The notes: a model not told the origin generated them from the letters alone. A stretch of DNA of 63,952 bases, filler included, from Thraustochytrium aureum (GCA_012862495.1; 6 parts of 6 records of this genome joined end to end with filler, not necessarily neighbours in it), one strand, 5' to 3'. Positions 1 through 11,285 are shown, counted from the whole stretch's first letter. Numbers and translations: made by a program.

Positions 1-16
1 GCTGTGGCCGGGCGGG

Positions 17-2943
17 ATGGGTGGCTGCCAGTCCAAATCGCTGCTGAGCTCTGTGGTGCCGGAAAAGTATGTGGAAAAACCGGCCCCCGCCAAGTCTGAG
101 CAGTCCCGGGGCGTGTGGGGCTCTGTCAAAAGCAGCAAGGCCGACAGCGGAGTCCCCCCAGACGCGTTGTACGACATCTCGAGCACCTATTTCAGCCACG
201 TGGAGAGCTGCGATGATGAAGACGAGGGCGAGGCGGCTGGGCCGTGCGGCACTCGACCAGACGCGGCGCGGGAGCCGTTTGTGCTGCACAAGGGTAGCAT
301 GGTGATGAGCAAGATAAGCGACGCCGAATCGAGCATGTCGAGGCGCAGTAGCTTTGACAGCATGGACGAAGGCCAAGTCTACGATATCTTTCCAGAAGGC
401 TCGGGGCGAATGGAGCGCAGTGCTAGCGAGGCAATCGTGCAAGGTGCGGTACAGTACCGCCCGCATCAGTTTTCGCGTTTGTATCGACTTGCAAGGGATG
501 GCTTTGTTGTTCAGACAAGCACGTGCGGCACGGTGCAGTTCGGAATCCCGCCAGAGTCTATCAAGGACTGCATGGCGTTCGGGCTGGAAGTGCCCACTTA
601 TTACATCATCTACGGCGAGATGTTTGACAGGCAGTGCGGGCTCAGCATCGCCGAGTTTGAGTTCCCGATCTATTTCAACTTTTTTGTCAAGAAACGCAAG
701 GTGACCATCCTAACCACCGAGGCGCTCGAGTGCCGCATCCGCAACGCGTTTCAAGAGACCTTGTTTGGTCCCAGCGACGGAAACATTCGTATGCAAGATG
801 ACTTTGCAGAATCCGTGCCGCAGGCTGCATGGCCGCAGTTCTTCCGCGAGAGCATCGGCCTCGACCCCAGCCGGGCCAACCTGACCTTGGAGCACCTCGT
901 GGAGTTTAAGACCATCGAGCAGCACAGACACACAGGACTCAGCGAGGCAGTCTCAATCAAGCTCGCGCGCGAGTCGAACGGGCTTGGGTCGCTGGAACTG
1001 GTGTTTCGAGTGTTTGAGTTCGACGAGCTTATCGCAAAGGTCCCTGCCAAGCTGGATCTGCGGCCGCGCGCGCTCGACGTCGCTTGCGAAGGCCAGTTTA
1101 TTGCGCCAAAGTTTGGCCTCACCGTGCTCGGGTCCTCGCACGGCTTTGATCCCAAGGGAAGCACGACGGGGTTTGTCTTGTGGATCAACCGCATGGGAAT
1201 CATGGTCGACCCGCCTCCAGACAGCAGCCGGATCCTCGAGCGCATGGGGATCGTGCCAGGCCGCATCCAAGGGATCATTCTGACGCACTGCCATGCAGAT
1301 CATGATGCGGGCACGTTCCAAAAGGTGCTTCGACAGCGCCAGGTCAGGTTGTACACGACGATGACGATCAAAAACTCGTTCATGCGCAAGTATGCCGCGA
1401 TCACAGGGTTCTCCGAGGCCTTTCTCGAGACGCTGGTCGACTTTCGCCAGGTCCGCATCGGGGAGCCGCTTGCGGTGGGCTGTGCCTCGCTTGAATTCCA
1501 CTATTCGCTCCATACTATTCCCTGCGTTGGGTTCCGCGCGACATGGGGCAACCAGAGCATCGCCTACAGCGCAGACACCAACTACTCGCCAAAGCTCTTT
1601 CATGAGCTCTGCTCCAGCGCGTCATCACGGAGAGGCGCAAGGAGGATCTCGAGCGCTTTGCGTGGGGCTCGACCGTCGTGGTGCACGAAATGGGCGTGCC
1701 GCCCATTCACACGGCGCAAGGCAGCCTGCTGGAGCGGTGCAAAGAAGATCATGGGCTCAAAGACCGCCTATTTGTTGTCCATGCGGCTGCCGGAGCGGCC
1801 GGCGATTTGCAACAGCTTGAGGAGATGGACACCTTGGAGCTCAGCGTGGTCCGGTGCAAATCGTGCGCGCGCCGCGAGGTGGTTGCCATGTTGCGCGCGC
1901 AGCCCTTCCTCCGGCCTTTACAACGAAGCAAACCGATCCTCGCCAAGCTCAGCGCGCTTGCTCAAGTGCTCGAGCTGGACGCAGGTTCGGTAGTTGTTCA
2001 GAAGGACACGCCCATCGACTATTTGTGGATCTTGGTCAGCGGCACGGCGCGAGTCCTCCCGAACAGCCGCCCGTCGCAGATCGGCTCGTCCAGGACAGAC
2101 GACCGCGCATCGGGCTCGTTCGACGCTGCTTCGACAGGACGGCCCTCGCTCGCTGGCAGTGGGACGCATCGCTCGCTCCTCAGAGAGTCTGAGCTCGCGA
2201 GCGTAGGGGTCTCGCTCCGCTCCTTTGGCAGAGGCGCCAAGCGCATGATCTGCGCCGCGGACAGCATTGGGCTCGAAGGCCTAATGCCTGCAGTTGAAAA
2301 ATATGCGGGCAATGCGAGCCAAGCCAACGACCAAGCGCACCACACTGAATCCGTTTTGGCGACGACCGCTGTTACGATGATTCGTTTACCGATTGCCGAG
2401 GTGGTTCAGATCCTCGCTCACAGCCCCGCAGCGAATCAAGTGTGGGACTCGCTCCGTCAAGCTACTGACCCCACCGCGCTGCACGCAACAGGGGTGCTGA
2501 GCGCGAACGCTATCCTATCGCAAGTTTTAACGGAGCAGGATTGTGCGGGGGAGTTTGTCTCGCTCCTGTCCCTGCAGAAAGCCTCGCCCGGCGAAAAGAT
2601 TGACGGCATCGTTCTTGTCGCTGAGGGTTCTGTCACGGTGAGCCCTGTTGAGAAAGGCGAATCGGGCACGTTTCGCGGAATCACCATTTCCAGTAGCGCG
2701 GCGCAGCCCAAACGAGGGGTTGGGCGCGGCGCCCTTGTCGGGGACATGAACACTTTCATCCGCGGAGACAAGAAGGCTCAGATTGAGATCCGCGCAGAGA
2801 GCGACGTCTCGTACTATCGTGTGAACACGCGCCGGTTTCTTCGCTTGCTCAAGGCCTTCCCGGGTCTTATGCTCCAAATGATTGACACGCAGATAATTGG
2901 TGGATTTCGGTCATCGAGCTCGATGCCCCACCAGAGCAAATAG
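17..2943 (+). CDS. Metallo-beta-lactamase-fold cyclic nucleotide phosphodiesterase with C-terminal cNMP-binding-like domains (Dictyostelium PdeD/GbpA-type); frameshift near 1619
   Basis: ORF 17..1993 has GFVLWIN..IMVDPP, THCHADHDAG (HxHxDH), SLHTIPC and YSADT. ORF 1678..2943 continues with HEMGVPPIHT and two cNMP-binding-like segments (IDYLWILVSGTARV; IVLVAEGSVTV..GALVGD). One added base near 1619 joins the frames (SSGVITERRKEDL). Confidence 0.8.
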
Positions 2944-3118
2944 CCAGCGACACTCGGCGATCATCGGCTTTCCATACCAAGAAAATTGCCATCATTTTGC
3001 CTTGGGTTTTTGTTCTTTTTGCTTTTTTTCTTTGTTTTCTGCGCCTCATCGGCTTGACGTGTTCGGTCTCTCGCGTGGGCTGGTTTGCTCAGGTCAGGAA
3101 TTGTGGATGCTCTTGCCG

Positions 3119-4847
3119 TTACAGCGCGGCAAGCAGCCTGTTCTTGAGGAGGGCGCAAATCTGCGCACCGTTCCTGTCCACGTCACCAATCAACCGCGTT
3201 TGGTGAACGCGCAGCTTGCCAGCCGACTTTGCGATAGCCTCGTCAAGGATCTCCGCGATATCGCCGCCCTCGCCAGCGTGGCGACCAGGCGCCAAANNNN
3301 NNNNNNNNNNNNNNNNNNNNNNNNNNNNNNNNNNNNNNNNNNNNNNNNNNNNNNNNNNNNNNNNNNNNNNNNNNNNNNNNNNNNNNNNNNNNNNNNNNNN
3401 NNNNNNNNNNNNNNNNNNNNNNNNNNNNNNNNNNNNNNNNNNNNNNNNNNNNNNNNNNNNNNNNNNNNNNNNNNNNNNNNNNNNNNNNNNNNNNNNNNNN
3501 NNNNNNNNNNNNNNNNNNNNNNNNNNNNNNNNNNNNNNNNNNNNNNNNNNNNNNNNNNNNNNNNNNNNNNNNNNNNNNNNNNNNNNNNNNNNNNNNNNNN
3601 NNNNNNNNNNNNNNNNNNNNNNNNNNNNNNNNNNNNNNNNNNNNNNNNNNNNNNNNNNNNNNNNNNNNNNNNNNNNNNNNNNNNNNNNNNNNNNNNNNNG
3701 ACGGCCCACTCGGCCCAGCAGGCGGGAGCGCCTTGCGCTCGGGGCGCCTGCGCCGGCGCACCGGCTCGGCCGCTGTCGCGCTCTGCCCGCTCGACTCGTC
3801 ACTTGAGGCGGCGATGGGGGCGGGCGCTTTGGGCGAGGCGGGGGAGTCGGTTCCAGCAGGAGCACCCGAGACGTCGATGAGCGTCCAGCCGTTGGCAAGC
3901 TCCTCCTCCAGTTGGGCTTTGATCCCTTCGCGGTAGGTCGGGTACAATAGCGCGTACCGCAGCTCTTCCTTGAGCCGCTTGTTGGAGACCCGCTTGCTCT
4001 CTGAGAAGAAGGAGAGCGACATGCTTGACATGGTCTCGCGCACCTTGTCAAAGTCTTCGCGCTTCGGGGGCGGGACGTCCATGAGTTCGCAGGCAAACTC
4101 TGTCACGACATGGTTCATTGCAGGCTCGTCGTCGCAAACGTTGTAGGCGCGGCCCGGGTTTGGGTTGGCCAGCGAAGCGCGGATCGCACCGGTGATATCG
4201 TCGACGTGCGCCCGCGAGAAGACCTGGCCCTCCTTGACGATACTGCGGGCCTGGCCCTTGCGAATTCGTGAGATCGGGCCGCGCCCTGGGCCGTAGATTC
4301 CTGGCAGCCGAAAGATATGGGCCGGGAGGCCCGACTCGTACAGGAAGGCGCGCTCCACCATGACGCGCTGCTCGCCGCGTTTGAGCGTGGGCATGAGCGG
4401 CGTGGTCTCGTCCACCCACTCGCCGTCGTGGTTGCCGTAGACCGAAGTGGTTGAGAGATAGCCGGCCCAGTCGATGCGGCCCTCCTCTGCTAGCTCGACG
4501 ATCACGGGGCCGAGAACGGGGTCGCCCAAGAAGGGGTCACAGTTCCGGGCGCGGTCCACTGGCGCCGTGAACAGCAGGTGCTGGTACCCGCTAAGTATCT
4601 CCCGCGCGCGAGCGGGCGTGTTGTCCTCGCCCTCAAGCGGGAGTTGGAACACCTGCACCTTGCCGCTCAGCTTGGACTTTTCGAACTCGGCAAAGTCGTC
4701 CTCGCGCCCGAGCTCCCTCACCGACCCCGCGACGCGCCACCCCTGTTCCGCCAGCTGGTTGGCGAGCCTGCTCCCAACGTACCCGAGCCCCGAAGATGAA
4801 CATGGCCTTGCCTCCGCGCGCGGCTCCGGTCGCGTCTGGGTCGCCAT
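3119..4847 (-). CDS. NAD-dependent epimerase/atypical SDR (YeeZ-like), probably continuing across the N-gap into a CbiX-like chelatase C-terminus; frameshift near 4790; start uncertain (4847 or 4803)
   Basis: Removing one G near 4790 gives KAMFIFGLGYVG (Rossmann motif), followed by YLSTTSVYG, FRLPGIYGPGR, SRAHVDD, YNVCDDEP and YPTYREG. There is no stop before the gap at 3297-3699. After the gap the strand reads LAPGRHAGEGGDIAEIL...LKNRLLAAL* (stop at 3119). Confidence 0.75.
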
Positions 4848-5419
4848 CGCGCCGCGCCGCCAAGGCGAGCCGGTCCGGTCCGAGCCGAGCCGAGCCGTGC
4901 GGGCAATGCGTTCGCGGTCACTCGGCCGGTGACAACGATCGATCAAAGCAGCCGAGGCGGTGACGCAGGCAAGGTCGATCAAAGCAGCGCTGCTCGTCGT
5001 GCGCGTCCTGGAAGCGAGTCTGTTGCCTTGCCATGAAGCCGAGCCAAGCCTCCTCATCGCCGCAGCCACGTCAAAAGGGACCCACTGTGACGTGCAGCGC
5101 GATGTCGTCCTGACCCGCAGCGTGCGCGGATCGCGGACAGACAAATGCGGGGCTTGGTACTCACCCAGTTATACCTGCGTGCCGAGCGAGTGCAGCCGAG
5201 GGCGAAGCAAACGCTGACGCCGGGCTCTTGTTTTGGTTGATTCCCAAAACTGCGCGAGAGGTCTCAACAACGATAAAAAACGGCGCGGGAGCAGAGCAAG
5301 ACGAGTACACATTGTTTCTTTCTTCGTCGACGTCCCACTGAGCGGTTTGCACAAGGACCTCAGACTGTTTGCAGGTTCATTCATGGTAAGCATGGCTCGG
5401 GAGCCAGCCGGAAACAGGT

Positions 5420-6370
5420 TTACTCGGACTTGGTGGGGGCGCTTGGGGCGTCAAGGCCGTCGATCTCACCGGTGCACCACTCGGGGCTCCAGTTCATGCG
5501 GCGTCCGAACAGGTAGAGCATGATGATGTGGTAGCTGATCTGCAGGTAAGCGTACTCGAGCGGGTACACCTCCTCGAAGGCAAGCACCAGTAGGGCATGC
5601 ACGATGCAGCTTGCAAACTGGGCGAGCTGGAAGCTCGTGATGTACCGCTTGAACGGGTTGTTGATGTTGAGCGAGGTGGCAAAGTAGTGCGAGTACATGA
5701 TCACGTGCGTGACCGAGTTGATGAAAGCACCGTACGCGGCGGTGCCCGAGCCCCAGCCACGCTGAAGAAGGAACGACCACACCATGCCGATCGTTGCGTG
5801 GTGGAACACCTGCAGAAAGCTAACCTGGGCGTAGTTTTTCTTGAGGATCATCATGAACGTGTCGCTCCAGTCGAGAAACTTTGTCAGGAGGTGCACGAAC
5901 ACGAAAAACTCGATGTTCGAGTCGCGCGACTTGTTGAGGCCGAAAGGGTTGCCGTTGGCCAGGTCGACCTGCGGCCAGAGGCCCCACACCATCCAGCCGC
6001 ACACCGCGATTTGGACCACGTTGTAGACGGGCTGGATGTAGGTCTTGATGAAGCCAGTCAGGGGCTTTTTGTCCGCCATGTACCTGCTGAGCAGCATCAC
6101 ACCGAGCACGTACATCAGCGGCGCGCCGAAGGTCATGACGTCCGACACGGCGAACGCGTACATGGGCGACTTGTGAAAGTACAGCCCCTGGCCGTCATTG
6201 TCCACCGGGCCGTGCTTGTACGCATAGGCGAGGGCAGACCCGTACAGGGCGCACAGGTTGAACGTGCGGAAGAAACCGTCGCTCCTGTCGACCGACCGCT
6301 TCTTCGCCGGCGCGGCAACCTTGGCCGACTTGGAAACCGCCGGAGCGCTCTTCGAGGTGCGCGTCGCCAT
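5420..6370 (-). CDS. ELO/GNS1/SUR4-family PUFA elongase (C20/delta-5 type)
   Basis: Intact 316-aa ORF from MATRTSK with KFLDWSDTFMMILKK, SFLQVFHHA, NSVTHVIMYSHY and TSFQLAQF, plus multiple TM helices. Confidence 0.95.
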   Translation of the reverse strand: MATRTSKSAPAVSKSAKVAAPAKKRSVDRSDGFFRTFNLCALYGSALAYAYKHGPVDNDGQGLYFHKSPMYAFAVSDVMTFGAPLMYVLGVMLLSRYMADKKPLTGFIKTYIQPVYNVVQIAVCGWMVWGLWPQVDLANGNPFGLNKSRDSNIEFFVFVHLLTKFLDWSDTFMMILKKNYAQVSFLQVFHHATIGMVWSFLLQRGWGSGTAAYGAFINSVTHVIMYSHYFATSLNINNPFKRYITSFQLAQFASCIVHALLVLAFEEVYPLEYAYLQISYHIIMLYLFGRRMNWSPEWCTGEIDGLDAPSAPTKSE

Positions 6371-6529
6371 GGTCGCGTTTACAAAGCAGCGCAGCAACAG
6401 AAAGCAAACTACTCAACTTCCAGCCGAGCGACCGTGCCAGCCGACCGCGCTTCGGGTGGATCAGCGAGCGACAGCGGCACGTCCTGGGAGAAACACGTTC
6501 GGGGTCTGCCGAGTCCACCAAACGTGATT

Positions 6530-6560
6530 GATCGATCGATCGATCGATCGATCGATCGAT
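6530..6560. repeat. (GATC)n palindromic microsatellite upstream of the elongase
   Basis: About 8 perfect GATC units. Confidence 0.95.
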
Positions 6561-6847
6561 GGCCCTTGAACGAGCGCCGAGAGCATCGCCAGTGAGTACA
6601 CGACGAGCAGAGGGAAGAGCTGGATGCACTGCCACTGGCAAGCATCATGAGTCGCCGCGAGCGAGCGTCACGGCATGCGTGGCAGCCTGGCGCATCCAAT
6701 TGTAAAAATCCCGGCCATCCATCATGCACGACCAACGAAAGCGACCAAAACAAAAAAAAAAAAATCGTGGAAAGTACTTGGTCGAATTGCCGTCTCTATC
6801 TCTCTCTGTCAAGTGTAAGTAGTACCTTCAAGTTCGCGCACGCTTGC

Positions 6848-6900
6848 AAAAGAAGGAAAGAAAGAAAGAAAGAAGGAAGGAAAGTAGGAAGGAAGAAAGG
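6848..6900 (+). repeat. Polypurine (AAGG/AAAG)n tract
   Basis: aaagaaggaaagaaagaaagaaagaaggaaggaaagtaggaaggaagaaagg. Confidence 0.85.
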
Positions 6901-7596
6901 CATGGCTTCGAAAACCACGCCTCGTTGAGAGGGAGAATGTTCCGTTGTTTACGGATATATACGCGGATGGAGGATATCGCGCTGCGTAGTGGTCAGCCGT
7001 ATGCGCAGAACCGCGGGAGGCACTCCTGTGCCGGGGACGTTTCCGCCAGTGGAAAGCCTATTGTGAGGAGTTGATGGGACGGGGTTGCGATCTTTGTCAA
7101 AGGGGGCGGATTTTTAGTGGAATACTGGCGGAGGGGCTGTGGCCGCAGAGTCCTGCGCATCGGGGTTTCACCTCGGGCGGAGTTCCTTTCTGCGCCGTCA
7201 CAGGACCCGCTCCGTTCAACGTCCCACAGCCACACTACGCTGGTCTTGTACTCATCCAGCAAGTTGTTTGTTATGTAATTCTATTATCGATCAATTCGGT
7301 TGCACGCAACGGGGGCCGGCAGGTGACACACGCGCTAGGTCCACCCAGCAGCGCAGGGAAAACGGTCTCGTTACAGCGGAACGCGCGGTTGCGGAACGCC
7401 TTTGCGAGCGACGTCGCCAGCCCACGTCGTCGGAGCAGCCATCGCCTCGCGGGGGATCCTCCTCGCCAGCACAACACCTGGTTTCCCCGATACGCAAACC
7501 CCGCTAAAGAGGTTCCTCTCCGCTGTTACGTTCGGCCATTCTGCTTTCGCCGAACCCCTAAATACACACCCGTTATTCCCCCGATGTCAAGAGTAA

Positions 7597-7792
7597 GGAA
7601 CTGGAACAATTGGAATAATTGGAACAACTGGAACAACTGGAATAATCGGAACAACAATTGTGGAACAATCGGAACAACTGGAACAACTAAAGTGGAATAA
7701 TCGGAATAATCGGAACAATTGGAACAATTGGAACAACAATTGTGGAATAATCGGAACAATTGGAGCAATTGTGGAACAACATTGTTCACAAT
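7597..7792 (+). repeat. Minisatellite with 9-bp unit GGAAYAAYY (about 19 units)
   Basis: Units ggaacaatt, ggaataatc and ggaacaact, a 14-bp variant ggaacaacaattgt seen twice, and a terminal inverted repeat. Confidence 0.9.
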
Positions 7793-8026
7793 GGACTTCC
7801 GAGTCTGTCAGACTTCAGTTACATGCGCTTCAAGAATCCATCAAGAGTTGCGCCTGTGTCTTGACACAGAACGAGACATAGCGCGCTCCGCGCAAGCACA
7901 GGCATCATGTGCTGACAGTGACCGAGAGCCAATCCGGGCAGTGCGTTCATCACCTCCAGCGCTCGTGCCATCCATCGCGCAGAGTGAATGCCGCCATGCC
8001 TGATTGATGCTGTTGACGCCCGCTAC

Positions 8027-8064
8027 GAGAAGAAGAAGAAGAAGAAGAAGGAGAAGAAGAAGGA
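8027..8064 (+). repeat. (AAG)n microsatellite at a contig edge
   Basis: GAA/AAG run just before the N-gap. Confidence 0.85.
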
Positions 8065-8670
8065 GTCGGCNNNNNNNNNNNNNNNNNNNNNNNNNNNNNN
8101 NNNNNNNNNNNNNNNNNNNNNNNNNNNNNNNNNNNNNNNNNNNNNNNNNNNNNNNNNNNNNNNNNNNNNNNNNNNNNNNNNNNNNNNNNNNNNNNNNNNN
8201 NNNNNNNNNNNNNNNNNNNNNNNNNNNNNNNNNNNNNNNNNNNNNNNNNNNNNNNNNNNNNNNNNNNNNNNNNNNNNNNNNNNNNNNNNNNNNNNNNNNN
8301 NNNNNNNNNNNNNNNNNNNNNNNNNNNNNNNNNNNNNNNNNNNNNNNNNNNNNNNNNNNNNNNNNNNNNNNNNNNNNNNNNNNNNNNNNNNNNNNNNNNN
8401 NNNNNNNNNNNNNNNNNNNNNNNNNNNNNNNNNNNNNNNNNNNNNNNNNNNNNNNNNNNNNNNNNNNNNNNNNNNNNNNNNNNNNNNNNNNNNNNNNNNN
8501 NNNNNNNNNNNNNNNNNNNNNNNNNNNNNNNNNNNNNNNNNNNNNNNNNNNNNNNNNNNNNNNNNNNNNNNNNNNNNNNNNNNNNNNNNNNNNNNNNNNN
8601 NNNNNNNNNNNNNNNNNNNNNNNNNNNNNNNNNNNNNNNNNNNNNNNNNNNNNNNNNNNNNNNNNNNNNN

Positions 8671-11175
8671 NAATCTGCAGCCTCGGCGGATCCGATCCCA
8701 TCCCAGAACCGACGCCCTCGCCGGCGCCGGCGCCCGGCCCCGACGTTGGGCACGGGACTGCGCCGAGGGAAAGTGAGCCGCGGCTGTGCAAGGTCTGCAT
8801 GGACGCCACGATAAACACCCTCCTGCTTCCCTGCCGGCACGCCTGCGTGTGCGAAGAATGCGCCACGCGGATACGCGAGCGCGGCAAGTGCCCAATCTGC
8901 CGCGAAAGGCTGACCGGTTGCACAGTTGTCGATCCGAGTGCGCCTGAGATGCAGCGGACGTTCGTGCAACGTCAGGGTGCCCCAAACCGGGCCAACGTCG
9001 CCGAGCCTCAAGAGGCGCAGCGACCGCGCAGCATTGCTGTGGGGAGCCAGGTTCGCATGACCGAAAGCAGCGCAGCGGCGTGCTGGGCGGGCTGCCCCGG
9101 CCAGCGCCTGTCCTTTTCGAACGGCAGCGTGTTCCACGTGGTGGAGGTCGTTCACCCCTTCTTTCGCGTTCGCGAGTTTCTGAACTTGTGGGCGCCTGTC
9201 GGCTCGGCGGTGCTGGTCCAGGACGCTGCGCCTCGTGGCGGCACGCGGTCTGTCGCCTGGTCGGTCGGTGACATGGTTCGCATTCGCCCGGTGGCGCAGG
9301 ACGAGGCGAGGCGACTCGCAGCCGGGCACGGCAACTGGTCTGCACGCATGGGCCCGCTCTTGGGAACGACAGGGCCTGTCCAGGTCGTCTACAGAGACAG
9401 AGTCAAGGTAAACAATTACCTCTGGAACCCGGCGATGCTCGAACGCTGGGAAGCGCGCGGGCCCGTGAATCTTGCCGGCGTGCCTATGCAACAGGGCGAG
9501 GCCAGAGGCAGGCACTACTGCGGACGCGCCCTTGGTTCGGCCAACATTCCAGGCTCTGATGGGCAATGCGGTCCAAGCAATGGCCCGAGCTGCCCGGACT
9601 GCACCGGAGCGCAGAGGCGCAAGTGCTTGCAAGGCCACATTCTGGCTCTGCCACCTGCTCCGGCTGCAGCCACTTCGGCGTACAGGTGCGACGTTTGCCG
9701 CTCTACAGGTCGACGAGGAAGTGGAGAGTTCAGGTGCGACCCGTGCGATTTTGATGCTTGCAACTCGTGCGCTGAGAGAATGGTCGGCACGCGACGCCAC
9801 CGTGGCGAATGGCGCGGCCATGAGCGCAGGATATGGTGCTCACTTGCCCTGCAGCAGGATGGAGCCCTGTGCAGCCACCAAGGTGGCGTCGTGCAAGCTC
9901 CGCACTGGAGCTGCTGCGGGGCCCGCTCCGAGCGGGACACGTGCACGGCGGCACCGGAGCGGCGCATCCACGCCGCAAGCCAATCTCTCAGCGGCGGAGG
10001 CGTCAGCGCTGGCGCGCGTCGGTGGCGGGCGGACTGGGACCAGCGTGGTGTTCATCGAGCTGCGCGACCGGTCGCTCGGCGCAGTCGACATCGAACTCGT
10101 CGACTATGTGAGAAAATTGGTCCGCCGAACCCTAGGCAACGCCCTTGGAACGTGGCCCGCAGCGGGGTGGCCTGGCTGCAGCAACGAGTTTGACAACGCC
10201 TTCGTGATGGGGTTCACCCACGCAACCCAGACGATTGTCGCTGCGCGCAACCTCGCGTCCAAGCAGAGCGCGCAGGACCTGGCGCAGCGTTTGAACGTCT
10301 GCCTGGAAGCGTTCAACCTGCGTGCAAAAGCGGTCGAGCTTGCCGGGGAGACGAGAAGCGCGGTCAACGCCGCGAGTCTTGCCGATGCGGTGGAAGCCGC
10401 GGGCGGCGACGGCGGCGACGGCCACCTTGTCATACTTGCGCCAGACTCCTCGGCCCAGGGCCGCGCGACGGGCGCCGAAGTGCGCAACCTGCTGCGGATG
10501 CACGTCCAGAACGCGCTGGGAAACGAGCTGGTGCAGTGGCCCGCGGCAGGTTGGCGTGACGGCGACGAGTTTCGCCAAGCGTTTGAACGAGCGTTTGGGA
10601 GCGCCTCGCAGCTCATTCTGGTAGCGAGAAAGCTCGCTGCCCCGGCTGCCGTGAACCTCGTCAAGGAAATCCAGTACAAGGTGTTGCCGCACGGATTCAC
10701 CGTGCAGATCTTCCAAGCTCGCGAAGAACGCCCTTTCCAGATTGGAGACCTCGTCCTCATCCGCGATGTAACGCCCAGCATCGCGGAGCAGCTACAGCTC
10801 TTGCACGGCGGCTGGAACGCAGAGACCATGGGCGACAAGCTCGGCCAAACGGGATTTATCAGTGGCAAAGTTGGGAGCGCCTTTCTTGTCCTCGGCGCGG
10901 CTTGGAGCGAGACTCTCATTCAGCACACGTACAAGCCCGTCGCAGGGCCGAGAATCATCTCGGTCGGGGACCGCGTGCGCGTGCGTGCCGTGTCGCTCAC
11001 CGTTGGAAAGAGTCTTCAGCAAGGTCACGGCGGCTGGGCATCGTCGATGGATGACATGTTGGGCAAGACCGGCGTGGTCACCAAAATGGACAGAGACGGC
11101 GACCTTCGAGTGTTTGGCAAAGTCTGGAACCCCGCGCTCCTCGAGGCGGTGACCGGCGCGATCGATGCAGACTAA
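8671..11175 (+). CDS. RING-HC E3 ligase-like protein with Mind-bomb SH3-like repeats and ZZ-like/other Cys motifs; 5' end in gap; frameshift near 9960-10000
   Basis: CKVCMD..LPCRHACVCEEC..KCPICR is a C3HC4 RING. There are three VGDxVR/I..GHGxW..LGxTG..W repeats, plus CDVC..FRCDPCDFDACNSC. ORFs 8004..10193 and 9472..11175 overlap. Confidence 0.75.
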
Positions 11176-11285
11176 CGAAATCGCTTCTCTGGGCCGACAT
11201 CGAGCGCGAAAGGACCGGCCCCGAGTCGCGAAGCCACATAACAACAAAATCAAAAGACAGATTCAAAATTCAACTCGTAATGCTC

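Noticed and set aside
7090..7593. Terminal inverted repeats at about 7090 and 7570-7593
   Set aside because: Similarity is too weak and gapped to support a transposon call.
7597..7792. Heat-shock elements, telomeric repeat, or WNN/EQL/GTI repeat proteins
   Set aside because: GAA units are direct with 9-bp period rather than inverted 5-bp HSE units; not a TTAGGG-type repeat; variant units shift the frame, so the ORFs are by-products.
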